From the NCBI GenBank assembly GCA_948465545.1, contig CAOJXO010000001.1, forward strand, positions 95,728 to 159,727: 64,000 nt of DNA. Reading direction: 5' to 3'. The notes under the pieces were generated by a model. That model was not told where the DNA came from. It searched no databases and saw only the letters and a list, made by a program, of their open reading frames with translations. The position numbers were made by a program, and so were the translations under genes. Below, one piece after another: positions 58,251 to 64,000 of the stretch; the first letter of the stretch is position 1, and the number at the start of each line of letters is the position of its first letter. The stretch comes from an uncultured Bacillota bacterium (lineage in GTDB: Bacteria; Bacillota; Clostridia; Christensenellales; UBA1242).

Positions 58251-61200
58251 TTATTTTCTTTTGTTTTTAAGCAAGAGTTTTTTTACAAACGCCCTTCGCC
58301 TTGAACCTCTTGGAATAAAGACTCTCGCACAGCCATTTGCAAACTTTCTTCTCCTTGTACCAGAAGGCAGTAATATTTCGGCTAGCAATCTATATCTACT
58401 CATTTTTGTGGTTGGTGCGGACATTACTGTACCAATCATGTGGTTTACAGTTCTTTGAAATTCCCAACTTTGAATAACATCAACATTACCCATTCCAATA
58501 CTATCTTCAAACATGAATCCCTTAAAAATTTGCACATCAATATATTCAGGGCTGTGTAGATACTTCTCAAGTGGTAGTGCTGCAACCTCTCTTGGGTACA
58601 TTCTCAATACCTCAATATTATTCTTGTTGTTTTCCATAAGGTCACGCACAAACTTAAGTTCGTTATATTGGATTGCATTAATTACACTTAATTCATACTC
58701 TTTATATTCTTTTTGCTTATCAAAACGGAGCGTAGGTTTTCCATCACTATTAAAATCATAGCCAAGGAAAGATTGATCAGTTTTCATAAAGAAAAGTTCT
58801 CTAAGTTCTCCTGTGACAACAGGTTTATAGTTAAAGAAACATTGGTTCTTTGCACCCACCTTATCCATGTTCATATAGAGGGTGTCAGCATTGCCATGAA
58901 GATAGAAACTATCAATCGGAAAACCCAAAAGTGAGGATAAAATTACCTCTCCTCTGCCATTATAGCCGATATCAACAAGCACATCATTTTTGTGAATTTG
59001 ACTTGAAATATATTCTCTATTTTGGCTATGATATTTTTCAATCATCTTAAAATCTAAACAATCTGCAACCAGATGAATATTTTTATATAAATCATTAAAA
59101 TCTATAAATTTATGACTTTTCTGCTCTTTAATAAGTTTTTTCACCCCATCATCTTTGATACAAAAATCAGGAAAGTAGTTTAAGAGTTTTTCTACTGAAT
59201 GATTAAATATATTTAATTGTGCATAACTTGTAAACAAGTCTTGTGGTGAACTGATAGAGAGGGGATAAAGGGCTTTACGGGACATAAAAAGATAATTAGA
59301 ATTAGGTAGTTTTTCTCTTTCAAGAAGACTTTTCTTGATTATTTCAAAAGCAAGTTGTGGGATATAGCCATCACGTGAAACAAAATGCAAACATCCACAT
59401 TTTCTTGTGTTTTGAATAATCCAATTAATAAACGCAAAAAGTTCCATACCGACAGCATAATAGCCTAGATATTTTGTACTGCCGTTTAATTCACTTTCAT
59501 TACCAGTAAAAGGAAAATCAAACAGTTCATTTGCCACAGTGGCAAACATTTGTCTGAGCCCAATATATATATTGTTATTTATTTCTATATTAGTTATGTT
59601 AGAATTAAAAAGTTTAGAAAAAAGCCTATCTACAAAAAGTTTGCTAACATTTGGAAGGTGAAATCCATTCACTCCTGCACCCTGTGCCTGTTTAACATCT
59701 GCATGTATATTGTCCCCGATATGAACTATAGCATTTGTTGATACTTTCAACTTAGATGCAACTTCTTTGAATAATTTACCCGCATCCTTAGTTTTCATAA
59801 ACTCATTGCTGACAAACAATTGATTTTCTTTACTATACCCTGCTTTGTGTAGAAGAGAGTAAATAAATTGTTTGCTAAGATACATATCTGAAGTGTAAAC
59901 AACCTTTTTTGAATTTATCATTGCTATATCGTATAAATCCATACCTGTTTTACGAGGAAGAGAACAATTAAATTCCACTTCAAGTTCTGTAGTCTTTAAC
60001 TTTTCAGTTAACTGCGGACTCATATGATAATCTTTTTCCATATAGTCAAATATTTCGTCAAACGTGATTTCAGGGTTTTTGCTTTTAACTCTTGCAAAAT
60101 ATTCTGAATTTTGTCTGATATCCTGATATCTACAAGCAAAACTTGAAGAAAGGTCATTTTTACATTTATATCCAACAAGGTAGAAGATATCCGTCGGATT
60201 TAAGGTAGACCTCAAAAGAAGAGTATCAAAAATATCAAAACTTACAACCTTAGTCTTTTTAGAACATATCGCCTGCACCATTTTTTCATACTGATTGTAA
60301 GCGTTTTTATCAAAATCTAATGCCTGTTCTCTTCCTACAAAACAACACTCTTTCTTATCAAAATCTTTCAGTCCAGTAATCTCTATAAAAAGTTTTTCCC
60401 CATTTATAAAGCCCTTAGACATAATGTAATAACTGGCCAAAATATTATCTCTAAATTTAATATATTCCTCTTCACAATCCTCAAATTTAGATTTAGAGAC
60501 AAGCAATTCTTTTACATAACAAAGAACCTTGTTTGTATCTGCAAGGTTTTTAATAAATTTCTCTTTACTATTAGTGTTTGTTGACTGACCAGAATGAGTG
60601 TAATAATGATAATAAACATTATGGCAATTTACCACCTTATTTGCAAACATATAAAAGATAGAAGAATATGCCACATCCTCTAGCATAATAAGCCTATCAC
60701 AAGTAGAGGCAAACTGCTCGATAGAAGGAAGAGCCTTTTCAATTACACTGCGTTTTATAAGTTTGTTCCAAACCACCTGCCAAATAAAGTCATAGGCATG
60801 TCCCTTAAAGTATTTATCTAGAATCTGTTTATTATCAAATTCAATATCAACATTACGCAACTCTTGTGCTGGAATATATTTCATGCTGCCATCTTCATAT
60901 TCCCAAACAAAATCGGCAAGACATATATCAGCATTTTTAGACTCTAAGGCTCTTAACATCTTTCTGTAATAATCGCTACTAATACTATCATCACTATCTA
61001 AGAAGGCAACATAATCTCCACTGCAAGCCTTGATTCCTGTTAAACGTGCAACAAACAATCCTTTGTTTTTCTCATGCTTTAAATAAACAATATTACTATG
61101 TTTCTTCTGATAATCGAGTATAATCTTTTCGCTACCATCTGGGCTTGCATCATTGACGATAACAATTTCTATATTTGGATATGTTTGACGCAACACACTA

Positions 61201-61283
61201 TCAATGCATTTAGTCAAAAATTTTTCTGTATTATAAACTGGTATTATGACCGATATCTTTGGTAAATCCATCTTGCCCCCCAT
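58251..61283 (-). CDS. family-2 glycosyltransferase fused to a HAD-like domain and a large unassigned C-terminal region (1010 aa)
   Basis: The N-terminus is ISVIIPVYNTEKFLTKCIDSVLRQTYPNIEIVIVNDASPDGS (GT2). The middle holds SFDIFDTLLLR and HIGDNIHADV (HAD motifs I and IV). The start is ambiguous, 61283 or 61271. Confidence 0.8.
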   Translation of the reverse strand: MGGKMDLPKISVIIPVYNTEKFLTKCIDSVLRQTYPNIEIVIVNDASPDGSEKIILDYQKKHSNIVYLKHEKNKGLFVARLTGIKACSGDYVAFLDSDDSISSDYYRKMLRALESKNADICLADFVWEYEDGSMKYIPAQELRNVDIEFDNKQILDKYFKGHAYDFIWQVVWNKLIKRSVIEKALPSIEQFASTCDRLIMLEDVAYSSIFYMFANKVVNCHNVYYHYYTHSGQSTNTNSKEKFIKNLADTNKVLCYVKELLVSKSKFEDCEEEYIKFRDNILASYYIMSKGFINGEKLFIEITGLKDFDKKECCFVGREQALDFDKNAYNQYEKMVQAICSKKTKVVSFDIFDTLLLRSTLNPTDIFYLVGYKCKNDLSSSFACRYQDIRQNSEYFARVKSKNPEITFDEIFDYMEKDYHMSPQLTEKLKTTELEVEFNCSLPRKTGMDLYDIAMINSKKVVYTSDMYLSKQFIYSLLHKAGYSKENQLFVSNEFMKTKDAGKLFKEVASKLKVSTNAIVHIGDNIHADVKQAQGAGVNGFHLPNVSKLFVDRLFSKLFNSNITNIEINNNIYIGLRQMFATVANELFDFPFTGNESELNGSTKYLGYYAVGMELFAFINWIIQNTRKCGCLHFVSRDGYIPQLAFEIIKKSLLEREKLPNSNYLFMSRKALYPLSISSPQDLFTSYAQLNIFNHSVEKLLNYFPDFCIKDDGVKKLIKEQKSHKFIDFNDLYKNIHLVADCLDFKMIEKYHSQNREYISSQIHKNDVLVDIGYNGRGEVILSSLLGFPIDSFYLHGNADTLYMNMDKVGAKNQCFFNYKPVVTGELRELFFMKTDQSFLGYDFNSDGKPTLRFDKQKEYKEYELSVINAIQYNELKFVRDLMENNKNNIEVLRMYPREVAALPLEKYLHSPEYIDVQIFKGFMFEDSIGMGNVDVIQSWEFQRTVNHMIGTVMSAPTTKMSRYRLLAEILLPSGTRRRKFANGCARVFIPRGSRRRAFVKKLLLKNKRK

Positions 61284-61318
61284 TGTTAATTATTCCCTCT
61301 AAATTTTATAATATTTTA

Positions 61319-62083
61319 TCAATGATTACAAAAATCAAGATATTTTTTTACAACATCCTCACTTCTTCCATACATATGCATATGGTTGTCTTTAAGCCAT
61401 AATGCATGCTTACAAAGCCTAACCACTTCATCCATATTGTGCGAAACATACACAAGAGTTGTCCCTTTAGCCAGCATTTCTTCTATTTTTTTCTGGCACT
61501 TTTGACGAAAGTTGTAATCCCCCACTGATAGCACTTCATCCACTAACAATATATCTGGTTGAACATCAACGGCAATTGAAAAACCTAGGCGAGTTAGCAT
61601 ACCAGAAGAAAAGTTTTTGATTGGCGTATTCATAAAATCTTTTAGTTCTGAAAACTCAACAATCGAGTCGTATTTCTCCTGCATCTGTTTCTTTGAGTAG
61701 CCTAATATTGCACCATTTAGAAAAATATTCTCTTTTGCTGTTGCCTCAAAGTCAAATCCAGCACCAAGGTTAATTAATGGTGCAATGCTTCCCGCAATTC
61801 TAACACTTCCCTTAGTAGGCTCTAATATTCCAGCAATCGTTTTAAGTAAAGTTGTCTTTCCACAACCATTTATACCAATAAGCCCAAGAGACTCTCCCCT
61901 TTTTACTTCAACACTAATATCATTTAATACCCAAAAAGTATTATATCTAAGTTTTCCTTTTACCAGGCGTACAAAAAATTCTTTAAGCGTGCCAATCTTT
62001 TCTGTCGGCTTGTTATATTTCAAACTAACATTATCAATCTCAATTATATTTTCCTTTTTAATTGTCTTTGTTATTTTTTCCAT
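61319..62083 (-). CDS. ABC transporter ATP-binding protein (polysaccharide/teichoic-acid export type)
   Basis: Walker A (GINGCGKTT), ABC signature (FSSGMLTRL), Walker B (ILLVDE). Confidence 0.88.
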   Translation of the reverse strand: MEKITKTIKKENIIEIDNVSLKYNKPTEKIGTLKEFFVRLVKGKLRYNTFWVLNDISVEVKRGESLGLIGINGCGKTTLLKTIAGILEPTKGSVRIAGSIAPLINLGAGFDFEATAKENIFLNGAILGYSKKQMQEKYDSIVEFSELKDFMNTPIKNFSSGMLTRLGFSIAVDVQPDILLVDEVLSVGDYNFRQKCQKKIEEMLAKGTTLVYVSHNMDEVVRLCKHALWLKDNHMHMYGRSEDVVKKYLDFCNH

Positions 62084-62091
62084 TCCGCCCT

Positions 62092-62940
62092 CTAAATATA
62101 TAAAATATATTTTCTTCTATTTAACTTAAAAATTAATAATCCTAGCACCAGCATACCAATTGCCCATGCATAACATATTAGGTAATCCATTCCACTTGGC
62201 ACAACTCCCCACTGTATTACATCCCTAAAAGCTGTAACAAAAACTGTGAGAGGATTAAGCCCTATAACATTTGTGATAAACTCACTTCCAAGACTGTCTT
62301 TTGCATAGAAAATTGGAGTCATATACATAATTAAAGTGATTCCAACCTCATAAATATGTTTTATATCTCTAAAGAAAACATATAAACTTGACAATATGTA
62401 TCCCACACCAAGGGAGAATAAAAGTACCGCAGGGATAATTGTTATTGTAAGGAGGATAGTCCAATAAAACTGCTGCCCTACAATAAGCATAACGATAATC
62501 ATTGCAACCATAGATGCTGAAAAATTAACGAGTGCGGTAAACATGTTGGAAACTGGAAAAATCGAGTAGGAAATTTTAACCTTTTTAATAAGGTCAGAGT
62601 TTGAAACTAAACAGTCAAGAGATTGTGTAGTAATTTGGCGGAATATATTAAAAATTAGGTTTCCACATAAAAGATAAACGGGATAATTACCAAGGCTTCC
62701 ATCTCCATTAAACATATTGGAGAAAACTATAGAAAGGACAATCATATTTAATAGTGGGTTTAGTACTGTCCAAAGTACACCTAAGATTGAATTTCTATAC
62801 TGAGATCTAAAATTCTTTTTCACCATTGCTGAAAGTACATAACTATTCTTTCTCATTTGTTCAATAAATGCTCTTTCTTGTTTAGAAAGAATTTGCTTGT
62901 TATTTTTATCTGCCTCGTTTTTCTTCACAATTGACCTCAA
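62092..62940 (-). CDS. ABC-2 type transporter permease
   Basis: Six predicted TM helices. It sits directly upstream of the ATPase gene. Confidence 0.8.
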   Translation of the reverse strand: MRSIVKKNEADKNNKQILSKQERAFIEQMRKNSYVLSAMVKKNFRSQYRNSILGVLWTVLNPLLNMIVLSIVFSNMFNGDGSLGNYPVYLLCGNLIFNIFRQITTQSLDCLVSNSDLIKKVKISYSIFPVSNMFTALVNFSASMVAMIIVMLIVGQQFYWTILLTITIIPAVLLFSLGVGYILSSLYVFFRDIKHIYEVGITLIMYMTPIFYAKDSLGSEFITNVIGLNPLTVFVTAFRDVIQWGVVPSGMDYLICYAWAIGMLVLGLLIFKLNRRKYILYI

Positions 62941-63000
62941 ACTTTTACGATAATTATATCTAAAAGAAAAATCGTTGTCAATTGATTTGCCTTAATTCTA

Positions 63001-63990
63001 CTACCTAAACCGCTTAATTATACTAATTAAAAATTCTTGCAAAAAAGCATCTGTGCGATACAGAATTTGAAATGGTTTTGAAAGATATCTTATTATTCCA
63101 TATTTCCAAAAAAGCGGAGTGGAGTTACCAACTCCAAACACGCTTTTAAGTACCCTACAAACTAGCAACTGCTTTTTCAACTCTTTTGTAAGCGACTTGT
63201 CACAAAGAGGAATACGATAGCAGTCTGATGGGTCATCACAAAAATTTATTGTACTTAAAAGTTTTAACTGGTCTTTGCTAGGATAAACCATACATTTTTT
63301 TATTTTTTTATAACATTTCTTTCTGGATTTTTTTAATGTGAAATCCTTGAGATTAAGGTCTGCATTAGAAGTCAAATATTGTCTTATTTCATATATTTGC
63401 TTATTTACAAATTGGAAAAACTCCTCCGTTTCCTCTTTCAAAATAGGCACAAACTTTTCATCTATTTTTTTATAACCAAGCGTCGTACCATGATTTGCTG
63501 ACAGCATAATCTCAAAAAGGTTATTGTTAAACATTATCTTTCTCTTAAGTCCTTTATTATAAGAGAAATAGTATGTAAAAAACTGCCCATAGTCTTTATT
63601 TGTTTTTGTATATAATCCAAAATAATACCCAAGTATATTGCCATTATATCCAGCATAAGTGAGAAGTTTTGAAAAGGATTTCTGCATACTACCAATCCAA
63701 CCGCTATCAGCAATTATAAAATCCCCTTCAAACACCTTTTCTTGTTTGAAATAGTGTAAAGTGTTCTGATAAACTTCTTTTGAATTTTTCAAAGCCTTGT
63801 CAATAAAAACATTGTCAGACTTCAATTTTTTTGTAACCCTGTCAAACTCGTCCTCACTAAGCCTTTCATTTAAGTTTTCAACACCTAGGGCAAAGGCAAA
63901 ATTCTTAATCTCCTTTTCGGTTAATCCCGCCCTCTCAAGCACAACCTGTAAAGATAAATGCTTGGCACTTGCAAACAAGAGATTAAACAT
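63001..63990 (-). CDS. hypothetical protein in the glycopolymer locus (329 aa)
   Basis: Complete ORF with ATG at 63990 and an AGGGAGG RBS. No confident family assignment. Confidence 0.55.
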   Translation of the reverse strand: MFNLLFASAKHLSLQVVLERAGLTEKEIKNFAFALGVENLNERLSEDEFDRVTKKLKSDNVFIDKALKNSKEVYQNTLHYFKQEKVFEGDFIIADSGWIGSMQKSFSKLLTYAGYNGNILGYYFGLYTKTNKDYGQFFTYYFSYNKGLKRKIMFNNNLFEIMLSANHGTTLGYKKIDEKFVPILKEETEEFFQFVNKQIYEIRQYLTSNADLNLKDFTLKKSRKKCYKKIKKCMVYPSKDQLKLLSTINFCDDPSDCYRIPLCDKSLTKELKKQLLVCRVLKSVFGVGNSTPLFWKYGIIRYLSKPFQILYRTDAFLQEFLISIIKRFR

Positions 63991-64000
63991 AGCCTCCCTT

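Overview
The window is a low-GC chromosomal segment from a spore-forming Firmicute (spoIIE present; species not identifiable from the sequence alone). All calls come from reading the sequence and ORF track by eye; no BLAST or HMM searches were run, so domain calls rest on motifs.

Housekeeping genes:
- Left side: partial htrA, metG, uvrA, uvrB, radC, ttcA, gpmI.
- Right side: a DegV-family gene, rfbA, spoIIE, galE, and a glycopolymer synthesis and ABC-export locus.

Three accessory features stand out:
1. **Integrative mobilizable element (~14 kb, 36358..50334).** It is inserted in the anticodon loop of a host tRNA-Ile(GAU). The two host tRNA halves lie 14 kb apart, and their acceptor arms are still complementary to each other. 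The element carries its own complete tRNA-Ile(GAU) just inside attL. It also carries int and xis, a MobL-like relaxase with an RHH accessory protein, and a sigma-like regulator.
2. **Complete diversity-generating retroelement (DGR) inside that element.** The order is Avd-like gene, TR, RT, then target. The 109-bp TR/VR pair differs at 19 positions, all at TR adenines. The VR lies unusually near the N-terminus of a 975-aa target that has no signal peptide and contains leucine-rich repeats. The DGR appears co-transcribed with a SLOG/DUF1273 gene.
3. **Giant lipoprotein gene (19.6 kb, ~6544 aa).** It has Big_2 domains and GLUG-type repeats. A G9 tract sits in the spacer of its putative promoter, which makes it a candidate phase-variation switch.

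Smaller observations: a probably leaderless uvrA, an in-frame TAA in a Big_2 gene, a paralogous pair of 120-aa membrane-anchored winged-helix proteins, and a phosphoesterase/AAA-ATPase cargo pair.
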